Of a stretch of 64,000 bases of DNA, positions 22,201 through 29,815 are shown piece by piece; within the stretch, counting starts at the first letter, position 1; each line of letters opens with the position of its first letter. Below the pieces are notes generated by a model. It saw only the letters and a program-made list of their open reading frames with translations. It did not search any database and had not been told where the DNA came from. The position numbers were made by a program, and so were the translations under genes. The stretch spans positions 96,001 to 160,000 of the IMG/VR virus record IMGVR_UViG_3300042868_005761; one strand, 5' to 3'. The DNA is from a virus.

Positions 22201-24427
22201 GCCAGAGATAAGGTTGATCATATAGAAGAGTAGAATGTAAGAACCCAGTTCCTTTGCGATAAAACAAATCGATTATCTCTTTTCCTTCTGGAATTTTTAA
22301 TCGATAAGCACTATCTACAAGTCTATGGCCATTAGGAATAATTAACCTATTACAAAGATTAATAGTGCCACAAATTTTTTGCATAAATGCTTTGTGACCT
22401 TCTCCTAAACCTTGAATAGTATCGTTGTACCAAACACTTCTTGTTGTGTTCCAATACAGGAAAAGCTGATCCCGAATAACATCAAGACCTGGACTTGACA
22501 GATCTATTGTAGGTACGTTTGCGTCAGTTGCTGTAATGGGTGTAGGGGCACAGTTATCAGATATACAATCAACATTTGTAATTATAGGAGTATCAATTTG
22601 TCGGTCTACCCCATACTCAACACTTGTTCTTGAAAGCAACTCATCTATAAAAGTTCTCTTAATATCTTTACTGCTTACCAATGATTGTCTTTTAATCTTT
22701 GGATTCTTAATGTAAATGTCATTAGCAGTTAATCGCATTTCAGTTGCATAAGTACCTGGCGTTTCAGGTAGTGTTGCACTATCTAATCCATTAATTACAA
22801 AGTATAGATCTCCCATCGCATTAATAAAGTTATTCTCTACTCTTAGAACATAAGACTCAGGAATAAACTTATACTGTATAGCTTGTTTCTTTAAAGTATC
22901 TTTTATGACTTCTATTTGACGAACAGAATCTAAACCAAGAGACTTAAATGAAACTAAGAAACTGTTATCAGCACGCCCAAGAAATTGGGCAGTTGGCATA
23001 CTAATTCCTTGAATAGGTAATTTCTTAAATACGTTAAAAGATGTTGCAGATATAAAGTCACAAAATAAGTGATTAGAAGTATAAACATTATCAATGCTTG
23101 TTCCAGATCTATTGAATTTCATATCTGGATTGCTTGATGTTGGAATTATCAACGTATTTTCTTTATAGAACAAATCAAATGAAGTTAAATCTTTTGTGTA
23201 AAGATTCCATCCCATTTTCTTAAGTTCTTCAATCTGCTTCTTATATTTCCTAACAGCAAGTAAAAGTTCGCCTTCAGGTTCTACTTCTGCTGGTGGGGTA
23301 ATTTCTGGCTTAGCAGGCTCTTCAGGCGGGGGTACTGGCGCTGGGGTAGGCGCGGGAACCACTTCTGCAGGAGGGGGCGGAGGAGGCGTAGCCTCTACTG
23401 CAGGAGGTGCTGGTAGCACCTTCACAGCAGGAGGAGGCGGTAAAACTACTGCTGGGGTTTCAATTGGTGGAGTAGGGGGATCGACTTGTGCAACCTCAAT
23501 AGGTCGTAGACCAAGAGCTTCTCTGAACCTAGCCGCACTTTCTTCTGCGCTTTGTGGTAACAAGAATGTTCCCCAATTTTGAACACCAACGCTGACAGGA
23601 AGCAATTGGCCTAACTCATTTTTTTCTGGGATTCCTTCTCTTTTTCCATAATTTCTTAACCATCTACGCACTTCTTCTGAAGCTCCATTCAGAAAACTGC
23701 CGCCGTCGAAATCGCCACCGCCACCAAAATCAAAGTGCATAGCGTCGCCAGTGATATTACCAGAATGAAGATATCCGAGCCAACGAAGGCAAACTCCATT
23801 ATTTGGGACACCAGCACCATCACCACCTCTTTGATATTCAGAACCTAGAGCATCTCCTTGATCATTAGTTGGACCTCTTGAATGTCCAGTACCTCCTCGA
23901 ACAAGATCACTCCAGTCATATGCGTCTCCATTGTCCTTGACAACTAACCCCTCTTTTATACACTTAACAACTATTTGTGCAAATAACTCATAGACTCTAA
24001 AATACTTTGCACTTCTAATGTTAGGCATTAGCATGTTATTTTCGTTTATAAGAGCAATATCTATAGCTCTACCTCTTGGGTGATGAGCTTTGTTACCTGG
24101 CACAGCTCTGAGAAGAGTCGCGGGTCGGGCGTTACTCTTGGCTCTTGTAGGCCAAGGCTTAAACTCTACTTCTCGAAGGCGCTCATGTGGTTCATTTACC
24201 GAACCTTTATTTGTAACCTGCCAACCTGGAGGTAAGAACTTACTTGCCGCTTTGATCATAGCCTCTAGACGAGGATCAGCATCTACTTTACATTTCCAAC
24301 TCTCTGGGCAATCAGTTAATGGATTTCGTTTAGTAGGGTCTTTCCTATAGTAAGTTTTTGACGCGCAAGGATTAGGAACATACCTATCAGTTCCAAAAGT
24401 ATATGTACTTTTTCTTTGTTCACTCAT
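16229..24427 (-). CDS. Giant baseplate hub protein with N-terminal M15-type Zn peptidase domain and Pro-rich linker (2732 aa)
   Basis: C-terminal hub (gp27/gpD/VgrG-like) motifs 'GMKIKVCLGF...VFLGEITDI...IEVVAQSYGAEL' and 'KGSMTIMGNPHIKPYD...IEVEEVHHIF'; N-terminal H-x6-D (HPRGRAID), RWLG and DAMH motifs. Confidence 0.75.
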   Translation of the reverse strand: MSEQRKSTYTFGTDRYVPNPCASKTYYRKDPTKRNPLTDCPESWKCKVDADPRLEAMIKAASKFLPPGWQVTNKGSVNEPHERLREVEFKPWPTRAKSNARPATLLRAVPGNKAHHPRGRAIDIALINENNMLMPNIRSAKYFRVYELFAQIVVKCIKEGLVVKDNGDAYDWSDLVRGGTGHSRGPTNDQGDALGSEYQRGGDGAGVPNNGVCLRWLGYLHSGNITGDAMHFDFGGGGDFDGGSFLNGASEEVRRWLRNYGKREGIPEKNELGQLLPVSVGVQNWGTFLLPQSAEESAARFREALGLRPIEVAQVDPPTPPIETPAVVLPPPPAVKVLPAPPAVEATPPPPPPAEVVPAPTPAPVPPPEEPAKPEITPPAEVEPEGELLLAVRKYKKQIEELKKMGWNLYTKDLTSFDLFYKENTLIIPTSSNPDMKFNRSGTSIDNVYTSNHLFCDFISATSFNVFKKLPIQGISMPTAQFLGRADNSFLVSFKSLGLDSVRQIEVIKDTLKKQAIQYKFIPESYVLRVENNFINAMGDLYFVINGLDSATLPETPGTYATEMRLTANDIYIKNPKIKRQSLVSSKDIKRTFIDELLSRTSVEYGVDRQIDTPIITNVDCISDNCAPTPITATDANVPTIDLSSPGLDVIRDQLFLYWNTTRSVWYNDTIQGLGEGHKAFMQKICGTINLCNRLIIPNGHRLVDSAYRLKIPEGKEIIDLFYRKGTGFLHSTLLYDQPYLWLKDYTQKYEGEFLQGGMGTVFGQQFSFFQLFAPIALDPIAPAYWDFKLEFEHTEYDLSELPLRIEAFTFADGEGQSSYADALNDWSLSGDITTNPIAPYIRSHRSVLALARNTWFLWMWRVSLLQEAGTGNSALGDAASLIEGTPRVLIEYFDSNENKTNTAIRENWNYVRRFAPNEIFQEEVFGPNFLRGLSTSAKEYGVNIFELVKPITSLETLMFPQDDIGGGFKDGDDVSTSNPYTIMKPGAKMLFKPWKGFDVKDMILDIALVWGGEFVVAKIGSGVVKVGSFIIGKGKAAAKAGAVVAANTKAGSTVTHTAGAVAAWWKTSGFVVACTQKLSAFRHWLLWNTQSARSFIRSGDILIKNAAGAIKNAAGGTPGVIGAPGKLFTGKGAATGRIRDRVAAQDALIAAGKKPIRGPVDPGMRSVQFVSGKQTLITGASIAGEDLTDLFNNIATTGQLNDELAEKRINNSVGGFGINSANAQLAVESFFYDFHNRRINGGNPNYDQDSVVLNNKDTELFKEAAGYVNKKGPGAPLMLKNKKGYKGGRRVVDFVTEFEEIIDNPGSNGWMKLTVPNQYFMDYAWNYLIIPYLNNVFDFENIYKISTETEFFPKTRELLIAQEQSLVEPAYEDLDLPLHPYWNQRVSALGFDAVVNNFYQNQDMPDNQVIANFSRGNSFTEPDFYLYNPSIDGNDELLADRQIEKTKLSARWSAEDIYNFNINMSANLAAGDIERLGKTGSPLNADLRAGTTATRKDFIAKFKEKANNAASDLMEGVIGAWNNEIHDTQVVPKQTPNLDNDDKVGDDGDSLTYPKAKSSKDDWANLSLWLGPNQDLLAPMSMNFNKDDEENQKLRMSTLANVTLQDFNRVKGEDYILRMQEYLRGDYEDFLETIKRPEAGETGQGAVGPDGSEQPTPENLCVPPRIGTAERPRARFGQEEENNQSRTPPNFNLYNFFDDDCGAGDPSVLLQFSTQKYANLTRLHDGLKSIGRKKLAARRAYPVCKVYLIEEDDIYNTEYVELDEIYTYSKIERLEIADSRKRPSSICRLTFVDPNGVLTGFNQFAKAANSILISDDKVTERLANVGTGLEFESSNALVRGTEFEQSDIGFVLNAGMKIKVCLGFSNDANKLEEVFLGEITDINLDGSGNKIEVVAQSYGAELVAKLKGTTKKETSVQHLDTFDLLARLMFEPEVIHFGKKKFDSIISFGEDKSIAASNLAYKEGFAVGGMHNARRKGGFINYLYTFEDSFDLNWIDGTYDALENWKNDANKAYVIKPNQGPQDDNLYIPSYQPLQGYYWYDWFGTWTGALTRDGTARVVQVEDGQVKEFEDKAKKLGIPAAAGWTAGAIALPTAWKVGSAAGNITKTKIGLIVAGAVAFGVVLKVVIQAMATAAYYTADYFLTDKDAVEKELQGARNHGTGILDRHALAKKNANDSEYKNSPMLISVYSPETLYYNVFYSTIWDVFEEMTYRHPSYVKHPRIYKNSNRMTMFFGLPDQNMWEYCGDPLDVYRQNKIFRKILKSGGQLEEGSPFLQQTRRDASGDYTLPDYGNVPSVSSEEIANFIRIARRRFRPFRTWHNLNSYTDIISNDIEATADGWYTEVEVQWNDAAIRTASAPDVRNLNAFIDWQEQNTVTRKANVDLSPQFIRKTSYQFPNCKSKGMASTYARSILAKQAKEMYKGSMTIMGNPHIKPYDVCIINDTYNNIYGPIEVEEVHHIFSPETGYITQLYPDTFVIEEDVTPYIIFNGLQSSVYTRTQYYMELALAAFPNWGEKNNMTSEGQYYLDSLSEVMENYRQKVLKMQEEVNAAQDFTENISIGAGTLGVISGGALALSTKRFMYGGGALGSTASVLLGSAIAGSLAYFYASSSLTSVIYNYIAEGRAYMMIPLAREGIPMVAGTNIGMSTGMYKSPGQYIRQYWMDGGLGQSMTRADSIMKTANARLRYGASMDNTLLEAQFTADDLGFTYDKMFEDIGGTLANKYLFPNVKKQ
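23280..23485 (-). repeat. Proline-rich low-complexity linker inside the hub gene
   Basis: Encodes DPPTPPIETPAVVLPPPPAVKVLPAPPAVEATPPPPPPAEVVPAPTPAPVPPPEEPAKPEITPPAE; local GC spike. Confidence 0.85.
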
Positions 24428-24498
24428 TAGTAATCTTCCTTTTAGATCTCTATACTATATTAAGCAAGGAGATCATTTATTTATTTACTTACTATATT

Positions 24499-25986
24499 CT
24501 ATCTTTTTCCTGGCCCGCGCATGAATCGCTCCCAACCTGTTCTTAACGCTGACTTCTGACTTGTTGTACTTGTTGTAACTATTGGAACAATTGCAGGCTC
24601 TTCATCAGGGCGGTTGTTTCTTTCATTATACAGAGTCCCTACAGGATTCACCCAACGACTTGCCCAAGGACTCAGCGGATCTGCCATTGTTGGAATTAGA
24701 GAAGCTCTTACTTCAAGGTTAGGCGGGGGTCTTATCCCTAAGGTTTCTTCCCACATTTGTTTACAGTCCTCCGGTGTGCTAGGTAATCGCATATTTTTTA
24801 CTATAGAGTCTGTCGTAGGTCTATGAGCTACAAGGATGTCTTGGTTGGTGCCATTTTTTTCAGCAGGGACGCATAAAGTCTGGGCACCCTTTCCGATAGA
24901 CCAGATTGACTCGCCGGGCCGAAAATCATAATGCATGCTATCCCAACCAATATTCGGAAAATCAGGATGATTTGCATTTACAAATTCATGTGGAACTATA
25001 ACTTCACCGGCCTTGTTTGTTTTTAATACTTGAACACGGTTTCCTTCCTTGTCCCACATTGGTATTAAGCTTTTATCCCATCTACCAACTTCAGGTAGAT
25101 AGGTAATAATCTTACCTTCGCCTGTATGTAACATTTGTTGCTCTTTTTTTCCCATATCTCTTTCCATATGATATTTTGTATTTCCAAAATATCCTCCCCA
25201 TCTTACACCGTATTTGGGAGCTGTCCTTGGTACAAAACCAAAAGAACCAGTTATTTTTCCATTTGGTATATCCTTTATTAACTGTCCATTATCATTATGG
25301 GAGAAGAACTCTTTTCTTACCATTACTCCACTGCCATTATCTTCCATTCTAAATTGTCGACGGGCTCCTAATTCACCACTTGAACCACCTGTCCTGACAA
25401 TCCCATCTGTATCTGGTTTCCCCAGGACTAAGTCACCCCAGTTGCAAATAGTTCCATCTTCGTAGGATATATAACCAGGATGCCCAACTACAGTAGGATC
25501 TCCCTGTATAAGTCTACAGATAAGCTGATATAAGAGCTCATATGTTCTATAAGATCTGCCGTTTCTGATATTACAAAGAAGTGTTCCATCATTAATTCGT
25601 ATACCTACATCTATTGCTAATCCACTAAAGTGGTTTATTGTATCTCTTAGCCCTCTAAGAAGAACACCGTTTCCAGCCTTCATATACTCCTCTTTCGTAA
25701 TGTCTTGTTGCGCGCATATATTATAAATCTGCCAACCACTAGGCATAAATTTACTTGCTGTTTGCATCATAGCTTCAAGTCTTGGGTCTGCATCTACCAT
25801 GCATTTCATGTCTTCAGGGGCGGTTCCGTGGCGGGCGTTTTTGTGACTATGTTCTTCAGTAGTGCGATAGTAATACTTATATCCTCCTCCAACATACCTA
25901 TGAGGCATTAGGTTAAGAGGCGTACCACTTCCAATCAAGCAAGGAAAATCGGCTTCTCTCTTTGCTATTATTTCTTCTCTTGTCAT
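24499..25986 (-). CDS. M15-family (LAS) Zn-dependent peptidoglycan peptidase (495 aa)
   Basis: H-x6-D (HFSGLAID), VRWGGYF and WDSMHYDF motifs match L-Ala-D-Glu peptidase/M15 signatures; paralogous to the N-terminus of the hub. Confidence 0.7.
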   Translation of the reverse strand: MTREEIIAKREADFPCLIGSGTPLNLMPHRYVGGGYKYYYRTTEEHSHKNARHGTAPEDMKCMVDADPRLEAMMQTASKFMPSGWQIYNICAQQDITKEEYMKAGNGVLLRGLRDTINHFSGLAIDVGIRINDGTLLCNIRNGRSYRTYELLYQLICRLIQGDPTVVGHPGYISYEDGTICNWGDLVLGKPDTDGIVRTGGSSGELGARRQFRMEDNGSGVMVRKEFFSHNDNGQLIKDIPNGKITGSFGFVPRTAPKYGVRWGGYFGNTKYHMERDMGKKEQQMLHTGEGKIITYLPEVGRWDKSLIPMWDKEGNRVQVLKTNKAGEVIVPHEFVNANHPDFPNIGWDSMHYDFRPGESIWSIGKGAQTLCVPAEKNGTNQDILVAHRPTTDSIVKNMRLPSTPEDCKQMWEETLGIRPPPNLEVRASLIPTMADPLSPWASRWVNPVGTLYNERNNRPDEEPAIVPIVTTSTTSQKSALRTGWERFMRGPGKR

Positions 25987-26047
25987 AGTATTAACCTTTT
26001 AAAATAAGTATTAATCCTTTATCTTTATCTATCTTTATAAGATACTA

Positions 26048-28444
26048 TTACTGCTTGCCACTTCCCTCTGACGGGATAATTCCACCAATCTTATCTCCTT
26101 CGGCTGCTGTTGGGGCTGCTGTTGGGGCTGAAAGTCTTTCTGTATCTTTCATAAGGCGAGTCTCACCAGACTCATTTGTGATGATCCAATGCTCTTTTCT
26201 TAGTTCATCTTCTAATGTTTCTATTCTTCTAGCAAGTTTCTGCGCAGCATTAATTACATCTTCAGTTACATTAATTCCAGTTTTTTGACCTGCTGCTTCT
26301 CCATATAAACCATAACCTATGTTGGCTGCACATAGGCTATAAAAATTAAAAAAATGATCAAAAATATCACCCATTAAATCGCTTGTTACGCGCTCGCGCC
26401 GTGCTATTTGACTTTTACCACCGTAAGGAGCCCCAGGTAAATTTTTATTAAAAATTTCTATCGCAGTAATGTCTGGGGATTCTTGTTCTAGTCCTGTGAG
26501 AGCCCTATAGTAATTATCTTTCCTGGAATAGTAGTCTTTAATTCTTTCGCCGCAGTCTGAAAATAATAGCAATTGCTCTTTACCCGCAGGCTGAAACGCA
26601 CTTAACTTCAAAGAATTAGAAGCTCCAGATAGAGTAGGTGCAAGATATTTATTATAATTATTTACATAATATTCAAGAATATCATTTTCCATATCTCCTA
26701 TCACTACATCCCAAGTACTCCCAAAAAACCAAACCCTATACGCAGGAGTAGTCTCAGTTTTGGGCACCATAGTTGAAGTCATTATATGACCTGCTATATA
26801 ACTGGGATGACTTTTATGTAAATTATTGTTGATATCACTTTCTCTATAAAATCTCTTACTGGTGCTAGGATCCACCACAGTTGCAAACTTGTGATTTTTA
26901 ACAAAATTATAGCTCATTTGCCAACTGCTTTCTATTTCAGCATCAATCTTCCAGCGACTCTGAGGGTTCTCTCCGGTAACTGTAAGACCTAAGCTTGGAC
27001 TTGTCCATTGAACTTTATTTCTAATATTTGCTGCTTTTAGAATACCGTCAGTTTGAATCCACCATTTTGATCCATTAGCACCAAGAAAATGGGAAATATA
27101 CATCATCCAATAAGGAAAAACTCCATCAAAAGTACCAACAAGTTTTAGGTTTCTTTCGTTGACAGTTTCTATCCCTTTTTTATTTCTACTACCTGCACTA
27201 CCTGCACTACCTGTTGTACTAAGCTCTGGAAGTATGTCTTGTTTTATTAGCTTTTTGGTTTCCGGATCTTCAGTTTGAAAGTAGCTGTTATTTATTACAG
27301 CCTGAACTTGCCCTTCAAGCAATCCTCCAAAGGTATCTATAAATGCAAGTTCATCTGGCGCAAATCGGGAATCTAAGTATCTCATAGAAGTAAAATCACT
27401 ATCCATTCTTGTATCTAGATAAACAAAAGGATAAGGATTTCTAGCATCTCTAAATTTCATTTGGTCAGGATTCTCCGGGTCAACTTCAAGAAAAGCTGAC
27501 TCAACATAGTTCTTTGTTCCTCTGTTAGCCGCTTGGAATTGAGTCACAAGGAATTGATTTCTTCCCCATTCCGCCTTTTCTCGATCATATTTAGCTATAT
27601 ATTCAGGATTATTGATCATTAATCTTCTATATTCATGTGCCGCAACTACATAGCGATCTCTCATAGCTGTATGGCTTTGATACTGTAAGTATCCGGTTGC
27701 TGCCGAATCATTTATGGCATAAACAGTATTACCAGATTCTCTCTCAGCGACAGCTAATCTAAATAAAGTAGCATTAAACTTAAGAAGATAAGAATTTTCT
27801 GCTGAAAGATTATCTAATTGAAATACGTTTAAGTATCTCAAGTCAAAAGGTTTCATTCCACCACCAGGAGTACCTGGGTTAAAAGTAAGTATACTACTTG
27901 CATCAAGTTTGACACCAGGAAGAGCTTCATTGCGAGGAGGCGCTCCACTACCACTACCACTTCCAGAACCACTGCCGTCACCACTGCCGCTAGGGGCTCC
28001 CTGTCCAAAAATTCCCCCTGTCTCCGGATCAGTCCAAGCATCGGCAACTTGCCCGACATACTCAAACAGGCTCGGTAGGGATTCGTCTGAATCGTCTTCT
28101 TGATTATCACCAATGTAATCACTGGCTAATGCAGTAAGTCCGACTCCTCCTACAGCAAGAGGAACCCACAAGGGCGCGGTGGTCGCAAGCGCTCCGACAC
28201 CTCCGACTGTTAAAAATGTTCCTGCTATCGTAGTTACGTCTCCCTGTCGCCATCGTTCACCGTATGCATTGCCGAACCGTGCAATCGCGTCAAAAGCGCC
28301 TTGCTGTACTGGAACGTCTTGCTGTACTGGAGCAGCAATAGTACTTCCAGGAACTACTGCAGGGGTAGGAGTAGGAGGGGCACCTGAACCTTCAGCAACA
28401 CCAGAACCTTCTTCTCCTGTATATCCTCTTTGTTCTGCTGGCAT
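26048..28444 (-). CDS. Putative lytic transglycosylase/lysozyme-fold virion protein with N-terminal hydrophobic hairpin (798 aa)
   Basis: 'LAVAERESG...AATGYLQY' fits the SLT ES...A.G..Q motif (Glu at about aa 236); 'MYISHFLGANG' is motif-III-like; hydrophobic segment at aa ~72-107; GS linker. Confidence 0.6.
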   Translation of the reverse strand: MPAEQRGYTGEEGSGVAEGSGAPPTPTPAVVPGSTIAAPVQQDVPVQQGAFDAIARFGNAYGERWRQGDVTTIAGTFLTVGGVGALATTAPLWVPLAVGGVGLTALASDYIGDNQEDDSDESLPSLFEYVGQVADAWTDPETGGIFGQGAPSGSGDGSGSGSGSGSGAPPRNEALPGVKLDASSILTFNPGTPGGGMKPFDLRYLNVFQLDNLSAENSYLLKFNATLFRLAVAERESGNTVYAINDSAATGYLQYQSHTAMRDRYVVAAHEYRRLMINNPEYIAKYDREKAEWGRNQFLVTQFQAANRGTKNYVESAFLEVDPENPDQMKFRDARNPYPFVYLDTRMDSDFTSMRYLDSRFAPDELAFIDTFGGLLEGQVQAVINNSYFQTEDPETKKLIKQDILPELSTTGSAGSAGSRNKKGIETVNERNLKLVGTFDGVFPYWMMYISHFLGANGSKWWIQTDGILKAANIRNKVQWTSPSLGLTVTGENPQSRWKIDAEIESSWQMSYNFVKNHKFATVVDPSTSKRFYRESDINNNLHKSHPSYIAGHIMTSTMVPKTETTPAYRVWFFGSTWDVVIGDMENDILEYYVNNYNKYLAPTLSGASNSLKLSAFQPAGKEQLLLFSDCGERIKDYYSRKDNYYRALTGLEQESPDITAIEIFNKNLPGAPYGGKSQIARRERVTSDLMGDIFDHFFNFYSLCAANIGYGLYGEAAGQKTGINVTEDVINAAQKLARRIETLEDELRKEHWIITNESGETRLMKDTERLSAPTAAPTAAEGDKIGGIIPSEGSGKQ

Positions 28445-28465
28445 TTTAATTCCTTATTTCTAAAA

Positions 28466-29815
28466 TTAAGGCATGTTTCCGTTTCCGTTAGGTCCGGTAT
28501 TACTACCACTTGTGCTCATTGCGTGTTCTAATTCTCTGAAGGCCGCTAATTGCTGCTTGTCATATCCATCTGCAGTAACCTGTCCGTCTTCTTGGAATCT
28601 AATCTTAAATAGTCTTGCACGATCAAGTGCTAGTTTTCTTTTAAAATAAGTTCTTATTATATCCGCGACTTCTGGATCAATTGAGATGGACTTAAATTCT
28701 TTCCACTTTAATATTATAGAATCTCCTAGATTATGATTCTCAGACCCATAAGGGCTAATTTGAGTAAAGTCATATCTATTTAATTCATTCTCTTTATTAT
28801 TATTAACAATTTTTTGTGCCCATCTTGCATGTAGCCAATCAATGTATTGTTTGTAAAGGCTACTCTCATATGCAAACTGTGTAACGTCACTCTTTAACAT
28901 ATAGTTCTGATCAAGACTATTAATAGAATCAATTGTTTGATATGCAGGATTAACAACTGACAAATCACTTTCAGTTGTAGTTACTTGACTTGCACTATCG
29001 GCGCTAAGTTTAGGATTAACTGTCCACTCTTTTGATCCAAAATAATATGTAGTCTTCTCTGGGTCCAGATCTGATTCTTGCAATCTAGAAGGATACTTAT
29101 TCCAGTTTGGTAACTTACTCTGTATTCCAGCGTAGTTCATATTAACATCATAGAAAGATGATCCACTCTTAGCATCCCAATTCTTTTTAAATAACCACTT
29201 ATCGCTATATGGAGTATAGCCCATTGGACTTACTGTAAGAGTAGCAACAATAGTACCCGGCTCGCCTGGGCTTGTTGAGATTGCTAAGTTATGCATGCAA
29301 AATACCATATTATGTGTATGGGGTATTTTTAGTTTTGCTCGCAAAAAAGCATTCTCAATTACTGAGAATGGAATATGTTTGAACTGGATTATTAAGTCTA
29401 GAATGCCACCGCGCTTCTGAGTATTATTAATATTAAAATCTTCGTTGAGTGCTCCACTCTCAGAAGTTCTATCATCAATATTAATAATTGAATTCTTACT
29501 TGGGATATTTAAGTTGATAGAGAAAATTTCACTTGCAATACCTACTGGTACTTTTGAAGCAGAATTGCTTCTTAAGCTCTGAAATTCCGCATATGAATTT
29601 TCTTCTTGAGAACTTATTCTTTCTGGAGGCACTTCAAAATATAAATCGTTGACCCAGAATCCATGATTAAACTTATCACCATAAGTTGAATATCCACCTG
29701 CTGAATTAGCTGCAGCTGATATATCTCCGTCAACTGTGCTGTCTAAATAGTTTTTTGCATTGTAAGCATCTGGAAGAACTGTTCCAATGCTTGGTAAATA
29801 TCTTTTTGAAGCCAT
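28466..29815 (-). CDS. Putative tail tube initiator / baseplate hub-associated protein (449 aa)
   Basis: 'FWVNDLYFEVPPERISSQEEN...FQSLRS' resembles gp48/tube-initiator-type N-termini; translationally coupled to the 2294-aa gene. Confidence 0.5.
   Translation of the reverse strand: MASKRYLPSIGTVLPDAYNAKNYLDSTVDGDISAAANSAGGYSTYGDKFNHGFWVNDLYFEVPPERISSQEENSYAEFQSLRSNSASKVPVGIASEIFSINLNIPSKNSIINIDDRTSESGALNEDFNINNTQKRGGILDLIIQFKHIPFSVIENAFLRAKLKIPHTHNMVFCMHNLAISTSPGEPGTIVATLTVSPMGYTPYSDKWLFKKNWDAKSGSSFYDVNMNYAGIQSKLPNWNKYPSRLQESDLDPEKTTYYFGSKEWTVNPKLSADSASQVTTTESDLSVVNPAYQTIDSINSLDQNYMLKSDVTQFAYESSLYKQYIDWLHARWAQKIVNNNKENELNRYDFTQISPYGSENHNLGDSIILKWKEFKSISIDPEVADIIRTYFKRKLALDRARLFKIRFQEDGQVTADGYDKQQLAAFRELEHAMSTSGSNTGPNGNGNMP

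Noticed and set aside
24428-24501. TAG read-through or alternative genetic code joining the 495-aa peptidase to the hub
   Set aside because: TAG is followed by an in-frame TAA six codons later, and multi-kb ORFs are intact in code 11, so there is no sign of stop-codon reassignment.
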